From an uncultured bacterium (GTDB taxonomy: Bacteria; Patescibacteriota; Minisyncoccia; Phycocordibacterales; PALSA-1337), in contig CAINCE010000040.1 of assembly GCA_903846945.1 (NCBI GenBank), forward strand, positions 1-37,385: a stretch of 37,385 nucleotides of DNA, given 5' to 3'. Below are positions 26,327 through 34,715 of the stretch, one piece after another. The position numbers and the translations under genes are program-made. The first letter of the stretch is position 1. The number at the start of each line of letters is the position of its first letter. The notes below the pieces were generated by a model. That model ran no database searches, was not told where the DNA came from, and saw only the letters and a list, made by a program, of their open reading frames with translations.

Positions 26327-27319
26327 CTACTGTTTTAGTGTAATCCCATGTTGTGCCAATAATTTCTTTATCTCTTGCATTCCCTTTGCTCCCAATCCAT
26401 CAACATCCATGATGTCTGACTCTTTCTTTCGAGCTAGACCTCCTAGAGTGCGGATATTTGCAGCGGTCAAGGCTTTGGCTGTTCGAGCAGAGAATCCGAG
26501 TGAATCGATGCGAGTCTTTAGGAGTTCTGTATCAACTCCCTTTAACATATCAACCGCGACACCCTCTTTCTCAGTCGCGTCCTCTTTCTTGCCCTTGGTT
26601 ACGGCGACTTCTTCTTCAGTAACTTCCTCTTCCTTGAATCCGATGATGGCCTTTAGCTGTGTGATCATGAGAGCGATAGACTTCTCGAGTGCTTCATGAG
26701 GGGTGATAGTACCATCTGTCTCGATAGAGAGACGAAGTCTATTGAAATCTGTTCTGTCACCGACGCGCATATTTTCAACCTCATAGTTAGCTTTCCTTAT
26801 AGGTGTGAAAGCAGCGTCCAATGTGATGGCTCCGATCTCTACACGATCTTTCTGGATGACTTGTTTAGAAACATATCCTAGACCTCTCTCTGCAACCATC
26901 TCTATAGAGATCTCAGCATTCTTGTCGGTGAGTGATGCGATATGTAGATCTGGATTCAATACTTCTGCCTGTCCAGGTACCTCGATATCCTTGGCTGTAA
27001 CATCCTTTATGCCCTTCACCTTCAATGTGAGAGTTTGTGGCTCATCTGTATCTATGCGAATGCGAATCTTCTTTAGGGCTAGCAATATAGCGACAACATC
27101 CTCTTTTACTCCATCGATAGTGGAAAATTCATGTTCCACTCCAGTGATCTTAACTTTGGTGATAGCAGCACCTGGCAATGAAGAGAGGATGATGCGACGC
27201 AATGAATTACCTAAAGTATGCCCATAACCTGGATACAAACCGTCTATCTCATAGACACCACTAGTAGCGTCTTCGCGGATGACTTTTGGTTTTGAAGGTA
27301 AAACAACGTCGTATGTCAT
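26327..27319 (-). CDS. rpoA: RNA polymerase alpha subunit
   Basis: GYGHTLGNSLRRIILSSLPGAA, HEFSTIDGVKEDV, VENMRVG.RTDF, alpha-CTD. Confidence 0.99.
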   Translation of the reverse strand: MTYDVVLPSKPKVIREDATSGVYEIDGLYPGYGHTLGNSLRRIILSSLPGAAITKVKITGVEHEFSTIDGVKEDVVAILLALKKIRIRIDTDEPQTLTLKVKGIKDVTAKDIEVPGQAEVLNPDLHIASLTDKNAEISIEMVAERGLGYVSKQVIQKDRVEIGAITLDAAFTPIRKANYEVENMRVGDRTDFNRLRLSIETDGTITPHEALEKSIALMITQLKAIIGFKEEEVTEEEVAVTKGKKEDATEKEGVAVDMLKGVDTELLKTRIDSLGFSARTAKALTAANIRTLGGLARKKESDIMDVDGLGAKGMQEIKKLLAQHGITLKQ

Positions 27320-27376
27320 AGTTTTTATATTATTATTAAATAAGAGGATTAATTATACATTAAAATCACCAAATGT

Positions 27377-27982
27377 CTAGCGTGTGTAGAACTCTAGAAC
27401 TTGGCGAACATCGAAGAGTAGTTCCGTCATATCTGTGACCGGAATACCATCTACTGTGATCTCACGCTTTTCTGCGTCTACTTTGACCCAAGCTGGGACC
27501 TTCGTTGTCTTTATTTCCTCGTCGAGCTTGGCAAAAATAACCTTGTTCTTGCTACCTTCGCGGATAGCGATCTTGTCCCCTATCTTTACTTGGAGTGAGG
27601 GGATCGTGATCTTCTTTCCATTCACAGTGATATGACCATGTGACACCATCTGCCTGGCTGCCGATCGGGTTGGTGCAAATCCTGCACGAACCATGACGTT
27701 ATCGATGCGTCCTTCTAGGAGCTGCATGAGGTTCTTCGCATTGTCTCCCGTAGACTTCAGTGCTTGCTTCACATAATTTGTGAACTGCTTGCCTCCGACA
27801 CCGTAGCTAAAGCGTGCTTTCTGCTTTTCCATCATCTGACGACCATATTCACTCTTTACACCACGACGACGCACGGTCTTTACCTTGCGTTGTGCGCGCA
27901 TAGCATACTTCTGAGTCTGCGTCTTTCGGAAGATTGGCGCTCCTAGGTATCTTGCTTTTTTGTATCGTGGTCCTATTTTCAT
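27377..27982 (-). CDS. rpsD: 30S ribosomal protein S4
   Basis: SEYG.QM.EKQK, LE.R.DN...R.GFA.TR..ARQMVSHGH; Cys-free form. Confidence 0.98.
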   Translation of the reverse strand: MKIGPRYKKARYLGAPIFRKTQTQKYAMRAQRKVKTVRRRGVKSEYGRQMMEKQKARFSYGVGGKQFTNYVKQALKSTGDNAKNLMQLLEGRIDNVMVRAGFAPTRSAARQMVSHGHITVNGKKITIPSLQVKIGDKIAIREGSKNKVIFAKLDEEIKTTKVPAWVKVDAEKREITVDGIPVTDMTELLFDVRQVLEFYTR

Positions 27983-27993
27983 GTTATTTGAAT

Positions 27994-28073
27994 AGATTTA
28001 TGATTTAAGATTTATGATTTAAGATTCATCGCATTTTTTTCTTCGTAAATCCTAAATCGTAAATCTTAAATCT
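27994..28073. repeat. Inverted array of heptamers (GATTTAW / TAAATCN)
   Basis: gatttat gatttaa gatttat gatttaa gatt ... taaatcc taaatcg taaatct taaatct. Confidence 0.9.
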
Positions 28074-28078
28074 TGTGA

Positions 28079-28510
28079 TTAGACGCGGCGTGGTTTCTTT
28101 GGTTGTGGGCCGTTAAATGGAATAGGGGTTTCATCCTTGATGGATGTAATCATGATACCCTTCGAGACGAATCCTCGAATAGCTGACTCGCGACCTGAGC
28201 CAACACCTTTCACAACTACATCAACTTCCTTAAGGCCGATATTTGCTGCCTTTAGAGCGAGTGTCTCACCAACCTTGGCTGCTGCAAATGGAGTACCTTT
28301 CTTTGCACCACGGAATCCTGCCGCACCTGATGACCCCCACATGAGTGCATTGCCTGACTTGTCTGTTAGCATCACCTTTGTATTGTTATAGGTAGATTGA
28401 ACATGCAAAATACCAGCGTCAACGCGCTTTTTTGAGGACACCATCTGCGACTTCGACTTATCATCGGTTGATTTCGCTCCTTCAGTTGTTGTAATTCGTT
28501 TTTTTCCCAT
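28079..28510 (-). CDS. rpsK: 30S ribosomal protein S11
   Basis: STYNNT, GFRGAKKGTPFAA, G.GSGRESAIR, D.TPIPFNG; ATG at 28510 (MGKKR). Confidence 0.97.
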   Translation of the reverse strand: MGKKRITTTEGAKSTDDKSKSQMVSSKKRVDAGILHVQSTYNNTKVMLTDKSGNALMWGSSGAAGFRGAKKGTPFAAAKVGETLALKAANIGLKEVDVVVKGVGSGRESAIRGFVSKGIMITSIKDETPIPFNGPQPKKPRRV

Positions 28511-28542
28511 TGTTTTAATCTTATTTTTGCGTTTCACTTTTT

Positions 28543-28600
28543 GACTTTATGGACTTTCCGGACTTTATAGACTTTATGGACTTTATGGACTTTCCGACTT
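28543..28600. repeat. Tandem 9-mer repeat (GACTTTATG)x~6
   Basis: gactttatg gactttccg gactttata gactttatg gactttatg gactttcc gactt. Confidence 0.9.
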
Positions 28601-28981
28601 CTATGTCTTCTCCTCCTTTCGTCTTCCAGATCCCATAGTCTTTCTGACATTACCCCTAACTGTACGGGAATTGGTTTTTGTTCTCTGACCTCGAGCTGGG
28701 AGGTGTCTAGCATGTCTGCTACCCCTGTACGCCTTGATATCTTTCAATCTCTTGATATTTCCAGCAACTTCACGGCGGAGATCTCCTTCTATCTTGTGAC
28801 CCTCCACGAGCTTTCGAACAGCATTCTCCTGCTCTACTGTGAGATCTTTTGGCTTCATACTAACAGCTACATTGGCCTGCTTCAAAACTTTGAGTGCTCG
28901 TGAACGACCAACACCATATATCGCCGTTAGGGCGATCTCCATTCTTTTGTTATCGGGTAGTGTTATTCCTAGGATTCTCAT
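28601..28981 (-). CDS. rpsM: 30S ribosomal protein S13
   Basis: ALTAIYGVG, EGDLRR, YRGSRH...LP.RGQRTKTN.RT. Confidence 0.98.
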   Translation of the reverse strand: MRILGITLPDNKRMEIALTAIYGVGRSRALKVLKQANVAVSMKPKDLTVEQENAVRKLVEGHKIEGDLRREVAGNIKRLKDIKAYRGSRHARHLPARGQRTKTNSRTVRGNVRKTMGSGRRKEEKT

Positions 28982-28996
28982 TGATATAATTGATTT

Positions 28997-29113
28997 CTAA
29001 CCTTGCCTCTGTTTATGCCTTGGGTTCGACTTGCAAACTACATAAACATATGACCCTCGACGAACGACGGTGCATTTCGGACATATTTTTCTGACGGCTG
29101 CTTTGACTCTCAT
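28997..29113 (-). CDS. rpmJ: 50S ribosomal protein L36 (not in the ORF track)
   Basis: Manual translation [38 protein letters not shown], zinc-ribbon form; lies between infA and rpsM. Confidence 0.97.
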   Translation of the reverse strand: MRVKAAVRKICPKCTVVRRGSYVYVVCKSNPRHKQRQG

Positions 29114-29119
29114 TGTAAT

Positions 29120-29191
29120 TTAGTGATTAGTTGCTAGTGACTAGTGATTAGTTATGCGTTTACTGGTCACTAATCACTAACCCCTAACCAC
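29120..29191. repeat. Inverted array of heptamers (TAGTGAY / RTCACTA)
   Basis: tagtgat tagttgc tagtgac tagtgat tagt ... gtcacta atcacta accccta accact; same family as 3402-3431 and related to the terminal array. Confidence 0.88.
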
Positions 29192-29210
29192 TTTATCAAT
29201 ACTCTAAATA

Positions 29211-29432
29211 TTAAAATCTCCTGGTAATCCTTGCCCTTCCTCCATACGGATCCAACTCGAGTTCGACACGGTCGCCAATGAGAACACGGATGCGATTCAT
29301 CCGCATTTTACCAGCTAGGTAGGCAAGGATGACTTCCTTCGTGCCTTCGAGCTCAACCTTAAACAGCGTGTTCGGCATAGCCTCTATGACTCTGCCAAGT
29401 GCTGGATGTTTAGGTTTAGATGATATATCCAT
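29211..29432 (-). CDS. infA: Translation initiation factor IF-1
   Basis: [40 protein letters not shown]. Confidence 0.97.
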   Translation of the reverse strand: MDISSKPKHPALGRVIEAMPNTLFKVELEGTKEVILAYLAGKMRMNRIRVLIGDRVELELDPYGGRARITRRF

Positions 29433-29453
29433 TACGTAAAAGGACGCCTGAAG

Positions 29454-29483
29454 ATATTAGCAGAAAAGGGGTATAAAAGTCAA
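29454..29483 (-). promoter_or_regulatory. Promoter of the infA-rpsI operon
   Basis: Minus strand TTGACT, 18 bp spacer, TAATAT with extended TG. Confidence 0.55.
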
Positions 29484-29544
29484 TAGTTCAGATTAGATCT
29501 ACCCATTTAAGTGTAAAATTTCATTTCTATGAATATTACTTTAT

Positions 29545-29574
29545 AACAGAAATCGCAACACAGGGTTGCGATCT
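29545..29574 (-). terminator. Probable terminator downstream of the 29717 gene
   Basis: Minus strand ATCGCAAC-CCTGT-GTTGCGAT followed by TTCTGTT. Confidence 0.55.
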
Positions 29575-29646
29575 CGCGTTCTGCCACCGAAGCAACAGAA
29601 GGTATGAGGTAATAATACTCCTTCAAAATCATTTGTCAAACTAAAG

Positions 29647-29669
29647 TGTGGATAATGTCGTGTGGATAA
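29647..29669. promoter_or_regulatory. Two perfect tandem DnaA boxes
   Basis: TGTGGATAA at 29647-29655 and 29661-29669 (reverse complement of TTATCCACA). Confidence 0.65.
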
Positions 29670-29716
29670 CACATATATTGCACCAAATAGGCCAGCGCCC
29701 AAAGAAAACTCTATGA

Positions 29717-31144
29717 TCACTCCCCCTTCACATTGATCATGATCCTCGAGGTATCTGAAGGTATCTTTGACCAAGGTGGCACGAGCTCGCCATCGGCATT
29801 TTCTATGACTGGGGCAAAGGATTTTAGGACGGTTTGCGACTCGGATAGCGACTTGCCAGCTAGACCTTTCTTTAGAGCATCGACTGGTATAGTGCCGATG
29901 AGCTTCATATCGCCCTTTATATTCAGGATGAGTGTACCTTTCTTTTCCGGAGCAAAGTCCTTCAAGTTGGTTATGTTGAATGATAGACCTTCCAAACCTG
30001 ACGCAGTAAATCCTAGATTGCCAAATGTTGCCACGGCCTGTGAGCCAGACAATTTTGACACCAACTTTGTTCTATCAAAGATGATCCCGTATACAGTACC
30101 TGAAAGTGTGACAGTCGCAGACGAAGGATCGGTACCACCTATAACTGGTGCAGAGTAAGTAACGGTATAAGCATTATCATACATGATATACCCTTCTGGC
30201 ACGGCTGCTCGCGCCTGTGCCAATAGCGAAGCGAGTAATTTTGATTTTAGAGAAGTTACACTGGTAGACAATACGGTGGCATCGACAATCTTTTTTACTC
30301 CGGCCGCACCGCCAGTCAAGTCAGATTTCAGCCGAGCATAGACACCGTCATATTTCGCAGTACCTTTGTAAGCGACCACCTTAAAATCAGAAATGGAGTC
30401 CGATCGAGAAATATTGTATTCAGATCCAACCTGGTCAGCTATAACAGCTGTTGAAACTGTTCCTGGAATGATCGAGCCCGATGGTTTCGTATACCCCGGT
30501 ATAACGATGGAACTCTTTAGTCTATATACCTTACCACTGTCATTGGCTATTCTCGTTCCGGCTATGAGTCGGACGGAGTTAACACTAAATGAATTATACA
30601 TACTAACAGAACCCTCAGCTTTGACAGAAACTGCGGCACCACTCTTTGCTACGACAGACTCGCTGTCTTTTGATTTCATCGTTATTACTTGGTATGAGAT
30701 ATCAGTAGTAACATCAGGCTTTATCACCAAAGGATTATTTACAGTAACGGGGATAACTTTGGGCGTAATAACAAAAACTGCTCTGGAAAAATACGTCGAT
30801 GCAACAAAAGCGGCAACTACCACGAGTACAACTACTCCGAGGGTACCTATTAGCCATATACCTTTCCTCCTAGCTGATCTCTTTTTAGGGCTCGGCGGCG
30901 TCATAGTCATACGACGCAATCCGTTCTTTCCTATCTTTTCAGATTCGACAACATCCTCGACTTCATCTACTTCTATTTTCTCCTCAACTTTATGTATCTT
31001 TACCGTCACCTCATCTCTGCGCCTAGTGACCTTCCTATCACCGACCGATCGAAGTGATGTGGGGGATAACTTTTCCTTGGATACAGGAACATCTCGTATG
31101 GAACGGCGGTCATTTGGAACTATATCTTGAACTCGTCTGGGCAT
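29717..31144 (-). CDS. Single-pass membrane protein with a large beta-rich ectodomain (baseplate-J-like pattern)
   Basis: Charged N-terminus (MPRRVQDIVP), one TM, then KAEGSVSMYN...LIAGTRI...VIPG...V.ADQVGSEYNI...LTGG; start at ATG 31144. The fold resemblance is tentative. Confidence 0.7.
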   Translation of the reverse strand: MPRRVQDIVPNDRRSIRDVPVSKEKLSPTSLRSVGDRKVTRRRDEVTVKIHKVEEKIEVDEVEDVVESEKIGKNGLRRMTMTPPSPKKRSARRKGIWLIGTLGVVVLVVVAAFVASTYFSRAVFVITPKVIPVTVNNPLVIKPDVTTDISYQVITMKSKDSESVVAKSGAAVSVKAEGSVSMYNSFSVNSVRLIAGTRIANDSGKVYRLKSSIVIPGYTKPSGSIIPGTVSTAVIADQVGSEYNISRSDSISDFKVVAYKGTAKYDGVYARLKSDLTGGAAGVKKIVDATVLSTSVTSLKSKLLASLLAQARAAVPEGYIMYDNAYTVTYSAPVIGGTDPSSATVTLSGTVYGIIFDRTKLVSKLSGSQAVATFGNLGFTASGLEGLSFNITNLKDFAPEKKGTLILNIKGDMKLIGTIPVDALKKGLAGKSLSESQTVLKSFAPVIENADGELVPPWSKIPSDTSRIMINVKGE

Positions 31145-31297
31145 GATAGTTAATGTAAAATGTAAATGTTTTTCCTCACGAAGGCGATTCAATAGAATCG
31201 TGTCGTTGGACTAGGGATCAAAATGTAAAAATGTGTGGCAAATCTCATTAATCATACGCGTCTCAAAACTATTTCCTTCATATCATAGCACAAAAAA

Positions 31298-32488
31298 CTA
31301 TTTTCTTCGAAGCTTGCCTAGTGATTCTGCATACAGACTGATCATCACATGTCTTTCTGCTGCGATATCATAAGAGACAAATGTAGACAGGTCATCACCA
31401 TCTAGCATCTCGACACTAACTTTTGGATATTTTTCTCTGAGCAAGCCGACTATACTGTTTAAACGTTCCTTCGATGATACAACGAGGGACATCCCGCCTT
31501 CCATAGACAGAGGCCCAGCCTTCATGGAATTTTCGAACTTTTTGAACCAGTATTCATTTATCTTATTCATTGATTCTGTATTCTTTTCTGATGTCTGAAG
31601 ACTGAGGTGACTGTTGCGGATATTCAACATCGATGCAGCGACCTGCAAATCGGTCTTTGTCTCTTTGGCGAACATACGAAGCATAGTCTCAGTACCTATC
31701 GGAAAGGTAGCAAAATATATGCAAGCATGCTTATCGACTTCGACTATATCTGTCACCTCTCCATGAATATGGATGATCACATAGGTTTCCCTCCTAGGAT
31801 TTACTTCATTTAATGCAATATGTTGCAAGAGCAATGAGGAATGGAAGAATACCTTGTGCCCAAATACAACATGTGAACAAAGGTCTTTGAATCTTCCGAC
31901 CATCTTTGTACCTGAGATACTAGTAACAAAAGATACTGACAATGATCTGGCTTCTCTATTTTGCCAATTGGTCACTGAATAGCCATTTAATTTGACATCA
32001 AATATCTTTTCCTCGACGGGTATGATCTTCCCTTTTGCTCGTGCTTCTTCTGCTAATTTTTCTCTATCCTCACTAACCATCTTCCTGATCATATCTTCCT
32101 TGACCATCTTGTTCGTGTCGAATGATATCTCTATGCGTTTCGCTTCCGACATTATCCATGGTGATGACAGGACATAGTGTACTTCGGATACCCTGTAAGG
32201 GATGATGTCTGAAGCATCTTTCTTTGTATCACTTTTCGCTGCTCTGTTGTGTTTCTGTCGAGACAAGTATTTCAGAGCTTCGCCGATAGAATTCGCAGTA
32301 GCCTTTACCGTGGAGTTGATGACATGTCGACTATCAGTCGAGGATTTATGAGGTATGAGTGTACTATGGACAAATAGTATTTTAGGAATCTGTCCTTCTC
32401 GATACAGAACTAGAGCACTACGCGCTAATCCGCTCTGTACATCGAGTATTAAAACGAGGTCATCATTTTTTCTCTTTGAAAAAAGCAT
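31298..32488 (-). CDS. Degenerate FtsA/PilM-like actin-fold protein
   Basis: LILDVQSGLARSAL and IIHIHGEVTDI resemble phosphate-1 and phosphate-2 motifs; VKLNGY and TFPIG fit FtsA-like proteins. Confidence 0.6.
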   Translation of the reverse strand: MLFSKRKNDDLVLILDVQSGLARSALVLYREGQIPKILFVHSTLIPHKSSTDSRHVINSTVKATANSIGEALKYLSRQKHNRAAKSDTKKDASDIIPYRVSEVHYVLSSPWIMSEAKRIEISFDTNKMVKEDMIRKMVSEDREKLAEEARAKGKIIPVEEKIFDVKLNGYSVTNWQNREARSLSVSFVTSISGTKMVGRFKDLCSHVVFGHKVFFHSSLLLQHIALNEVNPRRETYVIIHIHGEVTDIVEVDKHACIYFATFPIGTETMLRMFAKETKTDLQVAASMLNIRNSHLSLQTSEKNTESMNKINEYWFKKFENSMKAGPLSMEGGMSLVVSSKERLNSIVGLLREKYPKVSVEMLDGDDLSTFVSYDIAAERHVMISLYAESLGKLRRK

Positions 32489-32512
32489 TGTGTATATTAT
32501 AGCGACAAACGA

Positions 32513-32640
32513 GGAATAATGAAAGTTTGACTTTCATATATTCCGAGTGCAGTCGATATGTGTGCGAAGCAATGTAACATACTCAGATGTAGAAAATTGT
32601 GCCTGCGCATGTACGGCAAGGGTAGACCTTGTCGATTGTC
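32513..32640. repeat. Cluster of hairpins (REP-like) downstream of alaS
   Basis: GGAATA-ATGAAAG/CTTTCAT-A-TATTCC (32513-32544), GCGAAGC mini-hairpin (32564-32570), CGGCAAGG-GTAGA-CCTTGTCG (32614-32634). Confidence 0.5.
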
Positions 32641-32643
32641 GAC

Positions 32644-34653
32644 TTACTGCAATACCGCCTTTATCCTGCGTACCCCTTGAGCTACAGCTTCTTCCTTTTG
32701 TATTATAAATCGCCACTTACCTTCTGGGCCAGCGAGCTCAGCGGTATTCATTACATGGGGACCTCCACAGAATTCCTTTGAATATGCGCTAGCCAAGTCC
32801 CCTACTGCCGGCGGATTGGAGACTGGGCCGACGAAGTAGATCGATATCCGATCGCCATATTTCTCGCCAAAGAAGTGCCTGGCGCCAGTCTTCTCTGCCT
32901 CCTCGCGGGTCATCATTATCTGACTCATTGGTAATTTATCCGCAATCTTTAGATTTACTATCTCTTCCACCTTCTTCTTCTCATCATCAGTCATCTTGGC
33001 ACCATGCGCAAAATCGAAGCGAAGTCGTTCCGTTGTAATATTTGAACCCTTCTGCATCACACCATCTCCCAGGACATCATGGAGCGCTTGATGGAGTAAG
33101 TGTGTAGCTGTGTGATATCGAACCACCATCGGATCCGACGCATCAGCGAGACCGCCTTTGAACTTCTTTTCTGCGCCAGTACGAGAAAGCTGTTGATGAG
33201 CGATAAATTTCGTGTCAAAATCTTTCGTGTCTATAGTTATGCCTTTTTCTTTAGCTAATTCCAATGAGAGTTCGAGTGGAAAACCGTAGCTCGAAAACAG
33301 TGTGAACGCATCGACACCTTTTTCAAATTCTCTTAGACCCTGTTTTAGAGTTGCGCGAAATTTTACCTCTTCTTCCTGAATGATATTGCGAATCGATTCG
33401 CCATCAATACCAGTCATGACATTCGGGTAGATTGTTGAATAATGTGTCTGTACGATGCGTGCTATATCTCGCAAACTGGTCACTGTCTCCTCCTCGTCAC
33501 CATTTAGATGCAACTTATCAGAATGTCTAACTGCTCTCCTTATGAGTTTCCTCAAAACATAACCCCTGTCTGTATTACTAGGAATAACGCCGTCTGCAAT
33601 AAGGAATACCGCTGAACGAATATGATCAGCGACTATTCTAGCGGATTTCAATTGTTCGCCTGATGCGCAGGGTAGGCCTGCGCCAGAGCAAATCTTCTCC
33701 ATCACAGGTTTCAATAGATCCGTATCAAAGATGTTATCCACACCCTGCATAGTCATAGCGAGTCTCTCTAGTCCTGCGCCTGTATCTACGGATGGTTTCG
33801 TAAGCTTTCCGACTATTTTGCCATCTTTCTTTTCATATTGCATGAAGACATCATTCCAAACTTCGACAACCTCGCGTTTACTATCAGCCGCAATGAACTG
33901 TTCTTTGGTCAGACCCTTCCCATCAAAATTAGACCGACCAGTAACTGGATCTCCAACATCATAATACATCTCTGTATCTGGACCACATGGACCATTTTCC
34001 CCTGCTTGCCACCAGTTCATCTCTGCCGGCATGTAAAATATCCTACCAGAGTCACCTTTCTGTGTGTCGCCAGAAAAATCAGCAACTTTGTTGCGAGCAT
34101 CCGCAGCGAACACTTCTTTCCAGATATTGACTGCCTCATCATCGCGCGGGACTGGTTCTGAAACAGATTTTTCCGATGGCGGATTAGCCGGACCTATCGG
34201 ATCACCTTCAAAAACAGTGACATATAGTCTGTTTGGATCCAATCCCAAACCTTCCTCTTTCGAAGTCAGGAATTCATAACTCCAGCGAATAGCATCTTCC
34301 TTGAAGTAATCTCCGAGGGACCAGTTGCCTAGCATCTCGAAAAATGTTGCATGGGTCTTGTCGCCAATGTCATCGATATCTACTGTACGCAGACATTTCT
34401 GTGCGTCAGCGAGTCGAGTGACTACTCTACCTGTCGCCGGATCGATGTATGGTTTTCCGAGCAGATATGGGATGAGTGGCTGCATTCCTGCAGTATTGAA
34501 AAGTGTTGGATTGGTTATACCCTTGTCATCTGTTGTAACGAGAGATGCTGACGGTATGACCGTGTGCTGCCGTTTCTCAAAGAATGCCAGAAATCTACTT
34601 CTGATCTCTGCAGCAGACATAAAGTTTCCTTCTGTAGTTACGGGTGAATTCAT
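32644..34653 (-). CDS. alaS: Alanine--tRNA ligase lacking the C-Ala domain
   Basis: FNTAGMQP, H.TFFEMLGNWS.GDYFK, GPCGP, DTGAGLER, editing motifs HTATHLL and EFCGGPH; ends at GVRRIKA. Confidence 0.97.
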   Translation of the reverse strand: MNSPVTTEGNFMSAAEIRSRFLAFFEKRQHTVIPSASLVTTDDKGITNPTLFNTAGMQPLIPYLLGKPYIDPATGRVVTRLADAQKCLRTVDIDDIGDKTHATFFEMLGNWSLGDYFKEDAIRWSYEFLTSKEEGLGLDPNRLYVTVFEGDPIGPANPPSEKSVSEPVPRDDEAVNIWKEVFAADARNKVADFSGDTQKGDSGRIFYMPAEMNWWQAGENGPCGPDTEMYYDVGDPVTGRSNFDGKGLTKEQFIAADSKREVVEVWNDVFMQYEKKDGKIVGKLTKPSVDTGAGLERLAMTMQGVDNIFDTDLLKPVMEKICSGAGLPCASGEQLKSARIVADHIRSAVFLIADGVIPSNTDRGYVLRKLIRRAVRHSDKLHLNGDEEETVTSLRDIARIVQTHYSTIYPNVMTGIDGESIRNIIQEEEVKFRATLKQGLREFEKGVDAFTLFSSYGFPLELSLELAKEKGITIDTKDFDTKFIAHQQLSRTGAEKKFKGGLADASDPMVVRYHTATHLLHQALHDVLGDGVMQKGSNITTERLRFDFAHGAKMTDDEKKKVEEIVNLKIADKLPMSQIMMTREEAEKTGARHFFGEKYGDRISIYFVGPVSNPPAVGDLASAYSKEFCGGPHVMNTAELAGPEGKWRFIIQKEEAVAQGVRRIKAVLQ

Positions 34654-34715
34654 AGGTAAAATGTAACATAAAAAGCGGCAAATCTCAAAAATTGACGGAT
34701 TTAGCCCGACCTAGT

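Noticed and set aside
29480-29716. Replication origin
   Set aside because: Only two boxes, no dnaA/dnaN nearby, and gene orientation does not switch.
29541-29774. 77-aa minus-strand ORF
   Set aside because: Overlaps the upstream gene end, the DnaA boxes and a terminator; no family signal.
29733-31130. Long + strand ORFs (141 and 245 aa), and similar antisense ORFs over gyrB, pheT, rpoA and the giant gene
   Set aside because: Shadow frames of well-supported genes with no recognisable motifs.
29717-31144. Prophage or contractile injection system
   Set aside because: No sheath, tube, capsid, terminase or integrase genes; the protein is membrane-anchored in housekeeping context.
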